Shown piece by piece: positions 10,634 to 23,107 of a stretch of 64,000 nt of DNA. Each line of letters starts with the position of its first letter. Position 1 is the first letter of the stretch. Source of the stretch: Pseudovirgaria hyperparasitica (lineage: Eukaryota); assembly GCA_010093815.1 (NCBI GenBank), contig ML996574.1, one strand, 5' to 3'. Both the position numbers and the translations under genes were made by a program. A model generated the notes under the pieces. The model was not told where the DNA came from. It did no database searches and saw only the letters and a list, made by a program, of their open reading frames with translations.

Positions 10634-12514
10634 GGAAGACGTCGAAGAGGTTTCGACGCCACCAACGGCGTGCTACACTTCCAGAGGATGTACAAATACA
10701 CTTTGATGCATGAAATGCCGGGTCGTTGAGACGTTGAGAGGAAGCCAAGATACAGATCAGTTTCTGCCTCAGGCAGCAGAGCGTGAGCTCCGAGAGCGGC
10801 ATAGCGTCGCCATGGCAGGTCCGATATCCCATTCATCACCACATCTACATCAGTAGCTATCACTACTTAAGAGCACAAAGACACTCATTTAAAGATGAGA
10901 TGTGTGATTTACATGATCGGTACTTGAGTGCGTGGATCGGACCCATAATATCGTCCCGACGTTCCAGCTGAGCAAGCAGCCTATTAATCACTCATCTCTG
11001 CTCAATTGAGACTTTGCAGAAGAGCCACAATAGCGGACGAGTATGCGATTTGTGTCAGCGAACGATTGTTTGGTAACTATTGTGTCTAGATACCCTCTGA
11101 TCACCAGAATACGAGTCTGACACGCGAGCTGCGGTCAATAGTCGAGGCTCCGGTAGTTGTAACCTTGTAGCGGACTTCAAAAGCGCCTTCAAGATGCCCG
11201 ACGACGAGGTCTGCTGTGTCGAACTTTGCTCCCGTGGTCGCCTTACTGATACAGTTAGAATCCATCATCTCAAAAGTGACGATCCGTTGCGCTAGCGATC
11301 TTTCGTTCTCCGCGACTCGTACTATGTGACATAGAATCTCGACCGAGTTGCACCAGTAACACGAAATGCGTTTGACTGGGGGATCCCCAGCCTTTAAGCA
11401 ATCGTACTGGCATGGAGAAGCCTTGCTCCGAGCTGACGGTAGCTGTTCAGGGTTCATGATGAGCGGCCCATGCCGCAACTCATATGAGCGTTCTTGGTCT
11501 ACCACTGTAGTGGCGTAACTAGGATCTGCGTAACGTTCGTATTCCAAGTCGCACGACAGACTGAGTACACGATGATACTTGAATATCGCGAAATAGGTCG
11601 GGCATCAATACTTTGTTGGTGAAGAGCCGGACCGTGTGGAGGACACGCGGGCATTGAAACGTGGAAGGAATGCATGAAGAGCTAGATAGAACGGCTGGCG
11701 GTACTGAAGAAGTAACTACCGCATCACAACTGTGGCTCTGATGAGCCGGCTGTTATCATCGGGTTAGACTGCAGGGACAGTGACAGGGACAGGGACAGGG
11801 ACAGGGACAAGGGGGTTAAGGAATGCGGCGCTGCCACGCGAGCTCCACCGTCCTGGACTATAAACGGCCGATTGTCCGTGCTGGTCGCAAGTTTCACGTA
11901 CTTCTACAACGCTCATCCCAGTTGATGTAGTAATGGCGGATTTGACGGGACATGGAGTGCGCTCCGTCCTGTGGTCTCGAGCATCTCGTCTATGATTCCA
12001 CGTCTATTTCTAGAGCCGCTGGCAAAGATTACGACAGTATTTCCCGTCTCCTGCTTGGATCACACACAGGAATGCATCGATCACGAGTCAGGAGTACCGT
12101 CACCTTCTTGCTTCTCGGCAGCATTCTCCATGATGCCATCACGGACACGGTGGTGCTGGCAGCGACATTCTTCAGGCCCCACAACCACCAACAGCCCAGT
12201 AAAATGCCTCTCAGTTGGACTGAACACACCCATGTGCCACGCTTCGTGTGTATCTGTTCTTTCAGGCCTCAATCCCGCGCGAACCGTGCCTATGAACGCA
12301 AGGCGGTCATGTTGGACCCCGGACATTGGCTCCGGCTAACCATGCTGCTCTTACACTCCCATCAGGACGCCAATAATTCCATGTAAGATCGGACGAGTCA
12401 GTTACATACGTCTCGGGAATGCAAGTATACATTGGGCCAGGCACCCACTCTCGATGATGATCATGCATCTCATTCGCAAATTCAAGCTATAGTGCGAATC
12501 TCGCTACTACTTCA

Positions 12515-13858
12515 ATGCCATCAGAGTCATCTGACCGTCCCTCAGACCTCGATAGAGGCGTTGCCTTTGCTGCGATATTCATCTCGGAGTGTGTGCTAAC
12601 GACCGTTGTTGTCGTGCTTCGTTTCTGGGCCAGATGGAGCATTCGAAAGATTGCCATTGATGACTGGGTGATGCTCGCAACTTGGGTAAGTTTCCTCAGC
12701 TATGGTGACACTACTTGCGGCTGTCCGCATGATGAGTACTGATATTGGGACGTTTGACGATGGATGCTGACATCACAGGTCTGTCACTTTGTCTTCACAG
12801 TCATGTCGGCTGTGCTAGGTCTACAGGGTGGTACTCGACATCTCGTCTACCTGCAACAAGACCCAGAGCATGCTATATGGCTCACAAAGCTCAACTGGGT
12901 CTCTCAACCATCCGGCATTACCGCACTAGGGCTAGGCAAAGTCGCAGTCGCACTTCTGATCCTGCGCATCCAAGGAAATGGCGTACCCTGGAGGAAATGG
13001 CTACTACACGTGGTTATCTGGCTCACTATCATATTTACGATCTTGACGGTAGCCTTCACTTTTGGCCAATGCAATGACCCGACAGCACTTTGGGATCCAG
13101 AGTCCAAGGCTACTGCCAAGTGCTGGAAGCCTGAGACTCAGAAAAACTTTTCGACCTTCTCGGCCAGTAAGTGGTATGAATGGCCGTCTACACGGCCTAA
13201 TGACTAACTTGCATCAGGCTGGAACTGCGCTGTCGACATGCTGCTCGCAATTCTGCCCGTGACGCTTGTGAAGGACTTGCACATGGAGCTGAAGAAGAAG
13301 ATCGGGCTCTGTCTTCTACTTGGCCTGGGCATCTTGTAGGTCATTGTATACCACAGCTTATATTGCATGAACTAACGACGCATATATAGTACTGGTGTCT
13401 GCGCTGCCATCAAGATAAACCAACTCGTAACGCTCGCTGCACGCTCCGACTTCACTTGGGCCACATACCAGCTCTTCATCTGGACCAATACCGAGGGCGC
13501 GCTCGTCATCATCTGTGGATCCATCCCCGCTCTTAAGCCTCTATACAGGCTCGTGCGAGGCGAACCTATTCACAGCTACGGCACTGGCAGTGGCAATCAA
13601 GGCTCCAGAGGGTCGTACAGCAAACATATCGCAGCAGTCGCGCCGAGATACTATCCCGCGCACACCTTCGAGGTGCGCTCGTCACCACAACGGTCCGGGG
13701 AGGAGTCAGGAGGTTCAAGGTCGGAGACATTGAGTGATGGGAATAGTGAGACGCTCATAATCAAGCCGGATGCAGACAGGGGCACGGATCAGATCAGAAT
13801 CACACAGACGTTTGAGGTCGGCTGGGCGGACGACATACGGGTCAATCATGCAGTGTAG
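12515..13858 (+). CDS. Pth11-like / fungal rhodopsin-domain integral membrane protein (no CFEM domain)
   Basis: Exons 12515-12685, 12779-13166, 13218-13335 and 13390-13858, all GT-AG and phase consistent. Motifs LRFWAR...DDW, K-x-AVALLILRI, DMLLAILP, LGLG, WTNTE...ICGSIPALKPL; about 7 hydrophobic segments. Confidence 0.88.
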
Positions 13859-14179
13859 TAGATGTCTGATTTTGAGATATGCATTCATTTGTAACGCTTG
13901 TGTTCTTTCAAGCTCTCCTTTGGAAATACATACAAGCTTTTGCGTGTCAATCCGAGATTGCAGCAGGAGTCAAGTAGCGTGATGTCATAACACCCGTGTC
14001 ATTGTTCTCTCAAGCTCGCGATGGACTTTAGTCGCGACCCCTTCGCCGTACCGAGGACGCTCAACAACGATCTCCACTCAGCCTCCAAGCTAGACGATTC
14101 CGATGTTGACTTTCACTACATATAGAAATGAGCGTCCTGCAGCGATACTCCGTATCGGATCTCAATGTGCACAGTGCAT

Positions 14180-14488
14180 CATGCGTACCCACTTGTCAAA
14201 TGTACCAAAGACCGAGGCTCGGGTAGATAAGTCATGGCCGCTGTTTATGACCCAGGTACACCTACATCTCTATTACCTATAAGCTATAGTATATAAAGTA
14301 ACCAAGTATTATAGTTAGATTTTATTTACTACTATGAGAAGTTGAGACTAAGGTATAAATTACTTTATATGGGTGCTAAGTTAAACACTATTATTTTATT
14401 ATGGGCATGGAGCTTGCATGCAAAATGCGGCCACATCTTTTCGACCCGAGCCTCGGTCTTTGGTACATTCGACAAGTGGGTTTGCATG
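14180..14488. mobile_element. Putative MITE / foldback element: 62-bp imperfect inverted repeats around an AT-rich core
   Basis: Arm 14180-14241 matches the reverse complement of 14427-14488 at 54/62 positions without gaps. No target-site duplication identified. Confidence 0.5.
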
Positions 14489-14983
14489 CGGACCGACAAG
14501 GGGACTTGTGACATCAGGGGCAATCGACGTTCGAACGCATGCATAGGGACTGGCGAGACTAGGGGGGGGGGGGGGGGAGGTGAGACTCAGACTAAATGGA
14601 GCAAGGTCATGTAGCACATCCTGCTCAGCAAGCACGGCGTTACAATTATCTACAGGGTGATAAAATTGTGCCTTTTATTGACATATACTTGTCGTCGGAA
14701 GGGAAGGGGAGAGCGCATGGATGTGAATATCTCGATCCTATGAGAAAGCCACAGCACCTATACATACATGCAACCGCACCCACACATATTTCAATAGCCA
14801 GATATCTACGCTCATGAGTAACCTTATTCCAATATCCTGTTTTCTCATATATCTCTCAGCCACGGATACACTCATGTCTCCGCCCATGCCAACACCCGCC
14901 AGCGCTCTCCACGTCTTGCTCCAGATCATGAATATAACAACACCAACCCCGAAGCACTCATTTTTCTAAACACCAACCCCCAT

Positions 14984-17673
14984 CTACACACTCACCACAC
15001 TCTCGCAATCCTCCCTCTCTCCACTCCCCTCCCTCCTTACCCATCCCATTGCATCCACAATACCCTTTGCATCCTCACGGAAATCTCTCCCATAGGGCGT
15101 CGCGCAGTCTTGATATATCGGCGTACCGGGACGAGGCGGCGATATCGTGAGTCTATGAGGCTTGGTGGGCCGCGTAGCGTACTCTCGTCCAACTGTTCCG
15201 TAATCCAATGTGCGACCCTCCCGACCCTCCTCCCCACCCCTACTCTCCGACAACTCCTCAAGCAACTGCCTGACACGCGCCTCATACAACTGACTCTCAC
15301 CCTCATATTCAATCTGAGATCCCAGCCTCAGCTTCTCGCCCGACCCCGAATCCAAGCCCATAGCATTCGCGCCCTGATTACCAGCCGACGCAGACGTTGC
15401 GCGCAATCCCGACATACCACCCTGCCGCACCGCCATACTCGGAAAAACAGCAGGCGTCGGCGTGCTCTGCAACAACGTACCCTCAAGCACGCTACCATTA
15501 AAAAAACTGGTCTTGTGGAGATTGGACGGATTTGTCGAGGGATCTGTCGATTCAGGGGTAGGATAGTTTGGTTTTTGGGACGCTGGGTTCGGATGATAAT
15601 ACCTGCCAGGATTCCCGCCATAATTATTTCCAGTAGTGGGATTCTCCTCGTTCCTACTCGCTGACACGCCCAGACTACACAGCGAGTCACACATCCTACC
15701 GACATTCCGCTTACGACCAGCATCGTCGAATTCATTGATGAGCGCAAGCACGGCGTGGAACGAGGGCCCGGGGGATGTGCCGTGGTCTTCGAGGATTTGG
15801 ATGAGTAGGGTGAGGCCGAGAGATGCGGTGGCGGCGGCTTTGCGTAGATTATCGGCGGCAGATCTGGAGAGTGTGGGTGATGCGGGGGTTTGGGGGTGAG
15901 TGGGGAGAGGGGGTGAAGATGGGGCGGGCTGGGTAGTGGTGGCAGTGGAGAAGATGTTTGTGGATTGGGAAGCTTGGACGAGGTTTTTCCATTGAGGTTG
16001 GGTGGTATTGGGCGTAGGTGAGGGTTGGATGGGGGGATTGGGTGGTGCAGGGTGGCAGGCTGCGCGGAGCCATTGTCCGGATTTTGTGGGAGAAGGGGGT
16101 GGGTGTGTTGGTAGGGGGGCATGGTGAAGGGCGAAGGGCTGTTTGTCTAAGATGGAATTGCGGTATGCCGGGCGTTGGGAGTCGTTCATAGTTGAAGGTT
16201 TCTGTAATGTGGGACTCCTGAATGGCTTCCAAGGACTTGCGCGTCCGTCTGAGACTTGGGCTCCGCTCGTGTTTCCGGCGTCAGCGCGAGCGTTCTCCCG
16301 CGAGACGGGATTCTGTGAAGACTCTTGCCTATCATAACAGAAGGACCCAGCACGGAATACAGGTGGTGGCGGACCGCTGTATATATCTGTCTCATCTCCG
16401 CCTGGTGAATTGGCTAGGCGATGGACGATGACGGTCTCGTCCGATGGAGCTTTCTCAGGAGCTACCGATGGCGAGGACTTTCTCAGGGGGAGGGAATTGC
16501 TAAGCCTGTGTACCTGGTCCCGTCTGCGTCGGAGCGGTCTTATGTCTACGGGACTAGGAGGTCTGTGCAACCCCTTATCTTCATTTCCTTCTTCATTGCT
16601 CGATACAGGCGAGTACCCATACGTTCGTCCGGCACTGGCATTGATTTGAGGTCCTCGACGACGCTGACGGACTTGGAGAATCTTGCGGCTTTGCTTCGGT
16701 GCTGCTGGCTCGACCATGTTTTGCAAGCCCTCGGCGTCTTGGGTTTTGATGACAAGGGACGGTCGTCTCCCTTCCCGCGCTTCGTCATTGATCCCACTGT
16801 CCGCGTACGGATGAGGTGATGCATGCCCTGTAGGTCTGCTTCTGTCTGAGACAGAAAGACGCTGACCATAGTTGCTCGGACCAGGCCTGCTGGAATGTGC
16901 TGCAACTGGTGGGCTAGATCCTATCTCGAGATTCCGTTGCACATCGAAAGAAAATGCGTTACCAGGAACTGGTCCTATCGGAGAAGCACCAAGACCTCGC
17001 CGATCTGCGTCGTCATAGCCGTAAAGCTGGCTCGATGTCGTGAAGCTCCCGTCTGCTTCACTAACGTCGAAAGTTTCACGGCTGTACTTATCATAGAACT
17101 GCTCCAGCTTTAAGTAGACAGCTTCAAGGTCCTCGTTCGTATGGACTTGGCCGAACAGCTTGACGGCTTTCTGCAGGCGTTTTTGTGCCCTACGTTTCTC
17201 GCTCTCAGACAAGCTCGTGGTGTTCTTGATGAGATGTTGGATTTTCGGAACCGCAGTGGCGAAATCCGTGCGCATGAGTCTTGTGAAAGCTATACGGCCT
17301 CTAACTGTGCTGGTGGGACTTGTTTGGTACGCACGGCCAATTTCTGTACGATCTGAAGCGATTCGAGAGTGCGTGTTTTGCTGGCGAGTTGCAGTAGTGT
17401 CACTCCTGCCTGATACTCCCAGTCTCGAGCGAGGATGTTCAGTGATGTCTGGTGCTCTCCTCCTGTAATAGCCCATTCGCTCAGACATGCTTCGTTCTAC
17501 TGAGACTGGCGCCACGCGCTCTACACCCAGGACGTTGAACGATCTTTTCGACCTGGTTAACGATTAGCTTAATATGTTGGACGGGACGGGACATGCCACT
17601 TTTTCAGTCGAAACCCCGTAAGAAATCTGCTTTTGAAGCGACGAAGACTAGCTTTGAGCCCTGATTGACTCAT
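14984..17673 (-). CDS. Hypothetical S/P/R-rich, largely disordered protein
   Basis: 843-aa open frame 14984-17515, extendable to an acceptor (GCTAAT...CAG near 17552) and a probable first exon from ATG 17673 (MSQSGLKASLRRFK...). No recognisable domain; 5' end uncertain. Confidence 0.6.
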
Positions 17674-18374
17674 TTTGATGGATCTGATAGTGATCCGAAG
17701 GTGCACAAGATTGACTCGCAAACAAGTCGATTTATGAATAGTAGTTGTCGAAGAGAAACGTCTGCAGAGTGGTGACAGCTGGTGAACACGTAGTTGTATT
17801 CCTCTATGATTGTAAATCTGAAAGACTGGCGTCCTTGGCAGGGATCAATCGGTCGCATGGCTTTGTGGGCTGTTTGCGGAAGCCAAACAAAGCCCCTGGA
17901 CAGTCGCGCTGGTCCCCGAAGCAAAGAAGACACAAAGCAGCAGAATGAATTTAATAGGAGAGTAGAGAACAAATCCGACACCGTGGTCGTGATAATAGTG
18001 TGACAACAAATGATTGTTGCAAAGTGACGTTGCCTTGCAAAGCCATTCATGAGGTTTGCACACTTCTGCTTCTTTTTCATGTAGTGTAACGCCAGCAAAG
18101 GAGGCAAAGTGACAAAGTAGCTATCGCAAAGTCTTCTTTGTCGGGAGCTTGTGTCCTCGACCGTCGTTGTAGGATCTTGGAAATCCAGACGGGAGTTCAG
18201 GACTGACACAAGTCGCCGACAAACTCATCTCCTACAGAGAATCTACCAGCTGATGTTAGCAATAAGCTTTAGATTCGTCTGCCCATGTCTATCCTCTCAC
18301 CTTCTAGCCCCTCGACAGAATCGTCCTGTTCAGAAGCTTTTGGGTTGATAATTCCCCCCTATCATGGACCTCGT

Positions 18375-19160
18375 TTAGGACCCGTCTCCATCTGACTTCG
18401 TCGGCCTGACATAGCCCTTCAAAGTCACAATCCCCTCCCCATCATCCTGCAACCACTCCCCCTGCTTCCCCTCCGGCTCCCAAAGCATCGCATGCGCCGG
18501 CTGCAACTCGACCCCCTCAACATTCAAGACCTCGAAAGTCTTAAACCCAGCCTTCCAATACAACTTCTTCGCCGTCGGCGCCGCCTCCAACGTAACCGGC
18601 ACGCCCTCATCCCTCGCCGTCTCCATGCCCCAGTCCAAAAGCCTAGTACCAACATTTCGACGCTGCGCAGCAGGATGTACAGCAATGACATTAAGATGCC
18701 AGTACGCCTCCAGCGAATCATAAATCGTCAACACCATGACATGCGCATAGAACCGCCGCACACGATCCCAATCCGTCGCATAGTCCATCACAGTTTCCTG
18801 ATACCACTTCTCCCAGCCCAGCGCCCAGCGTTCAAACTTCCAGGCCAGCCGATCCCGCGTCCATTTCACCTGCACGGCATCCGAGGGGTCCTTGGAGCGT
18901 CTATTCCAGGTTGCGAAACCGATGAGTTCGCCTGGGACAAGGCCCGAGTCGGTGGCCTCGGCGACGGCGACCATGACGACGTTGCCGGGGATGAGCAGGG
19001 CTGTTTTGGCACGGATCTTCATGGCGCGCGAGAGATCGTATGGGTGCTTGTCGAGCTGCGGGCAGAGCCAGTTGTTGAGTTCGTCGTGGCGGAAGGCGGC
19101 GAATTGGACGTCTGCCATGGAGGGTGCGTCTGCGGGAGTGGCGGGGCGGATTAGGACCAT
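18375..19160 (-). CDS. GNAT-family N-acetyltransferase
   Basis: 261 aa: IRPATPAD at the N-terminus, acetyl-CoA motif A (IAVHPAAQRRNVGTRLL) and motif B (LEAAPTAKKLYWKAGF). Confidence 0.92.
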   Translation of the reverse strand: MVLIRPATPADAPSMADVQFAAFRHDELNNWLCPQLDKHPYDLSRAMKIRAKTALLIPGNVVMVAVAEATDSGLVPGELIGFATWNRRSKDPSDAVQVKWTRDRLAWKFERWALGWEKWYQETVMDYATDWDRVRRFYAHVMVLTIYDSLEAYWHLNVIAVHPAAQRRNVGTRLLDWGMETARDEGVPVTLEAAPTAKKLYWKAGFKTFEVLNVEGVELQPAHAMLWEPEGKQGEWLQDDGEGIVTLKGYVRPTKSDGDGS

Positions 19161-19563
19161 TTTTTGATATACTGAGAGAGAGATTCTGGGGTGAGGAACG
19201 TGTAGAGTGTGGATGGTCGGGTGAGAGTGGTGAGATGTGCTATATATTTTGTATCCTGGTGCCTAGCGTAAGCGTGCTACGCCCTAGGGCGTGGTGGTGG
19301 TTGCGAAGTGAGTATATGTCGCAGGGCGTTCTGCTGGCCGATCAATGAGGTCCGAGCTCCGTGGTGTTGTTGTGTTTGGGGGCGGATATTGGCTGGGACG
19401 TATTTAAGGTTTAGATAAACAGCATACGAACACCGTAAGGAGGGCAGAAGGTTTATGATACTGTCTCTGGATATACTGGTTTGGGGCTTCTATGCCCATA
19501 TAGATCCGCAACTGTAGCCTCATCTCATTACCTTAAGATATAGTCCACATGTCCTACTATGAA

Positions 19564-22520
19564 TTATGCACTCCATAGCCCACTAATCGTCTCGACAGCC
19601 CTCTCGACAACAGCCTTGACCCTATCCCTCAACACCCTGTTGTTCTCGCACTCGACCTCCAAGTCTTCCAGCCAGACCTTTGCAACGCTCTTATCCACTT
19701 TGATCTCGATGCCGGGCACGGGGATTCCAAGCCCGTGCAGTCTTGCCAGCTCCTTTTGCTCCGCCGCCGAAAACTCTTCCGTCTCATCTCCATCATCGTC
19801 ACCATGCTCTGTCACATCCGAGCCTGGCGTTGCCGGCGCCTTGAGCTTAGGATGTGTCAGCGGCGTGATGCCCGACCCGAATTGAGCCTCCATGAACATG
19901 AACAGCCGGTCGAAGCGTTCTTGTGGGGTGGCTGTAGCGTGAGGGTTCCGCTTGCCATGGGTATGCCCATGGCCATGGCCATGTCCATGCGCGCCTTTTG
20001 AGCTCTGCTTGACTGCCGCCGGGGAGCTTTCGACGGTATATAGCACTGCCAGCACGGCGTCAGCAATACCGTCGTTGACCATGTTGCCTTCCCACTCGAC
20101 CTCGATGCGGCCGTTCTGTTGGCAATGTAGTTTCACGCAGTCCATGACCTCAAAGGTGGTGATGCTGCGGTCGACATCCTCATCTGCGTGCTCGTAATCA
20201 CCGTTCGTATCGGCGGATTTCCCGTTGATTGCGGCATCGGGCGCAGAGAGCTCTTTGATCGCGCCAAATGTGCCTTCGAGCGCCCAGCGGATGAGATCGA
20301 GGCCGGCGGTGCTGAGCTGCAAGTGCTGCCGGCAGGTGATGGTAGTGGTGGTTAGGCCGGCATATTCTCGCAGGTCTTCGGGCGCCATCAGGCTCATCTT
20401 AAAGTCGTTCTGAACAAGCACACCCGTGATGAGTTGGGATTGCGGAATGTCGGGCGCGGAGCCGTTCAGATCTTTGTTGCGAAAGGCGAGTGGGGGAGGA
20501 ATCTGGGCGAGTTTACCGACGACTTTGGCGATCTTGTCTGTCTTGAACGGAATCCGTAATTCTTCGCAGTTCGGCGGCGAGAAAACTTTGACGGGTTGTG
20601 CTTTGTCGGCGTTGAGTGAGAGGAGTTTGGATTTGAGGCGCATCATATTGTGTTTCTCTCCATGAACCAGGATCTGTATGCGCGTTAGTTAGTGCCGACT
20701 TGGAGAGCGGTTCCACTTCAACTTACGACTACGGGCGCTGCTACACCCTCGATGAATTCGCGATTTTCTGTTCCGTCAACGTGTGCCGCAAAGCTGTACT
20801 CTTTTACTTCGCATCGACGAGGAATCATAATCTGTTCTTGTGCTCCTGGCACTCTTCGCTGTGTTGCTGCCGTGTTCCTCGTCATAACTGCGTGTATCTG
20901 TTCCGGCTCTTGCATGATCATCTTGGCCATTGTTCCCTCGACTGAATAACCTGTTATGATGACTCCGTTCTTCTGATCTGGCGCCCAGCGCTCCAATAGC
21001 TCTCTCGACACACCGTTCTGCATGAAACCTGGAGACGCAAGCATAACACATGCACCGACATCATCGAATCGCTCCAAGCTCTTGAGACTGCGCACAAATC
21101 GGAAATCCCAAGGCCCTCGTTTGCCAACATCACCGGCTGCTTCGGCTTCAGCCATGCGTTCGCGGAAGAGCCGTTTAATGTTGTCGTTCATAGCAGACAC
21201 ATAGGTCTGGTATACCACCATACACTTCCTGGCCAGATTGGACGCGTAGTAGATGGGGATTTTCTGGAACTCGGCGTGCTTGCCCCAGTACTCATCGAGA
21301 ATGAGCAGCAGCTCTTGCGCCCGGCCAAGGGCAAACACCGGAAGAAGTGCTCGCCCGCCACGATTCAGAATGTTGGTGATGGACTTCATCAGTCCAGCCT
21401 CGCGCTCCAAGCGCGGTATATGTGATGCAATGCCGTATGTGCTCTCCGTGATCAATACGTCAATCTTGACGTTCTTTGGGACCTCTGCTGAGATCAAGTG
21501 ACGGTCTTCTTCGCGGGAATAGTCTCCAGTAAACAGGATCTTGAGGCCGGCAATCTCGATGAGGAACATGGCAGCGCCGAGCACGTGGCCGGCTGGATAT
21601 GGCGTTATGCGGATGGATGAGATGGTATGTGTTGTGTAATAGTCGATTGCTTCGATCATGGGAAAGGTAGTGAGATGGTCGGCTTCAGTGTACAGCTGAA
21701 TCTTTTGCTCTGCAGAGGAGGATATGTTCCTGATCCCGCGTCAACAGGTTCCATGCGAGAACAGCTTCACTACACGAACTTACCCTACCCGTACGCTGTC
21801 TTGTACGAGCCATTTATAAATAGCTTTGGTTGGATGGGTCATGAACACTCGTCCTTTGAAGTTTGTCTTTGACAGAACATACGGTAAGGAGGCGGCATGG
21901 TCGATATGGAAACTGTCGTCACACACGTTAGCTTGCAGTTGCGATGACTTCTAGTAATGTACGAGATGAAGAGTTCTATGTACATGGGAAGCTCGCAAGA
22001 AGCAGGAAGCAAGTCACAGTCATTTCCATAAGCGCAAATGAGGCTCGATGATGTAAAATTCTTTCATTGATATCTCATTTACATGACAGGACTGGTGCCA
22101 TAACAGATGGTACAGGGGCAAAGATGGAAATGTCAAGGCTCCACGGTAATATGTGCGCTGATTGAACGGTTTGGTCCGATTCTCATGGGAATGTGTCTGA
22201 GTAGCTCTGTTCCAAGCCCGGATGTGTGATGCTACGTTCTATGCAAAAGGTACGAGGGCGAGGACTTACTGGCTTATCAGTAGTACATCGACGGTACTGA
22301 GATCGAACTCGTCATAGAACGGCATCGCGGCCAACCCATCATAAGCAGGATGCATTCCCGCATCAAGCATCACGGTCTTGCCCTTGTACTGTATGATATG
22401 ACACGACCGCCCGACCTCGTTACCTCCTCCTAGGTTCAGAAACATGAGCTCATCTGCTGGATCAACAGGCTCTTCGTCTTCTGGCGCTGCTAGAGCCGCT
22501 AACTTCCGCTTCGTCGCCAT
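19564..22520 (-). CDS. YSH1: Pre-mRNA 3'-end processing endonuclease Ysh1/CPSF73
   Basis: Exons 22520-22270, 21912-21784, 21729-20727 and 20673-19564. Motifs [23 protein letters not shown] (split by intron 1), [37 protein letters not shown]. Confidence 0.97.
21913..22269 (-). ncRNA. Candidate structured cis-regulatory RNA in YSH1 intron 1
   Basis: 357-nt intron (other introns here are about 46-130 nt) with nested complementary segments 22132-22124/22029-22021 (9 bp), 22080-22074/22042-22036 (7 bp, extendable with G-U pairs) and 22016-22011/21950-21945. Confidence 0.5.
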
Positions 22521-23107
22521 GATGCAAGCAAGGTATGTCGAAGAGGATGGTGTGTATTTTTACTGTGGTCGGCCGGTATCGCGGTAAGGAGAGGCTTAAG
22601 GTCAAGCGCAGGCTCTGTAGTTGCAGGCGCAAGAGGCCTATATACAGGCTTCTGTCGACACTTCTGTGTCATACAACGGTCGCATGTAGACTTGAATGCT
22701 GTGTTTCTGAGCGGAAGATGGTTGTGGTTGTCGAGCAGAACGTGGTGATGCATCCATAGAGAGTGAACGCGACTGTAGGTGCTCGCGTCGTGGTTGAGAG
22801 TGAGACCGGCGAAAAGTTTCGCGAGCTCCGGACTGGTTGCAGGCTTGCGCATCGCGTCGTCCAAGTCGTACATGATTCACTGCTCGGGCGAATACCGACC
22901 ACCACAATACCTAAAGCCCGCCATATCGTCTGCACAGCGTTACCCTCACCTGGTCAATAGAAGTCTTCACTTTGCCTATGAGTGTAAGACAAACAACAAG
23001 AGCCTCCTGCGGCTGAAGCCGGAGGTCCCATTCAGCGCGGCCTTGAGCAACTCCACCCACGCCTCCATTCACACTGCAACCTCGACTGCTCTACCCACCT
23101 TGCTATC

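Noticed and set aside
11101..11547. 148-aa minus-strand ORF
   Set aside because: TTG start, in-frame stop shortly upstream, no convincing upstream exon and no recognisable motif; may be a relic but cannot be supported.
22499..22873. 124-aa minus-strand ORF overlapping the YSH1 start (possible overlapping uORF)
   Set aside because: Its ATGs lie upstream of a TATATA element (22644-22639), so they are probably outside the transcript; no recognisable protein features.
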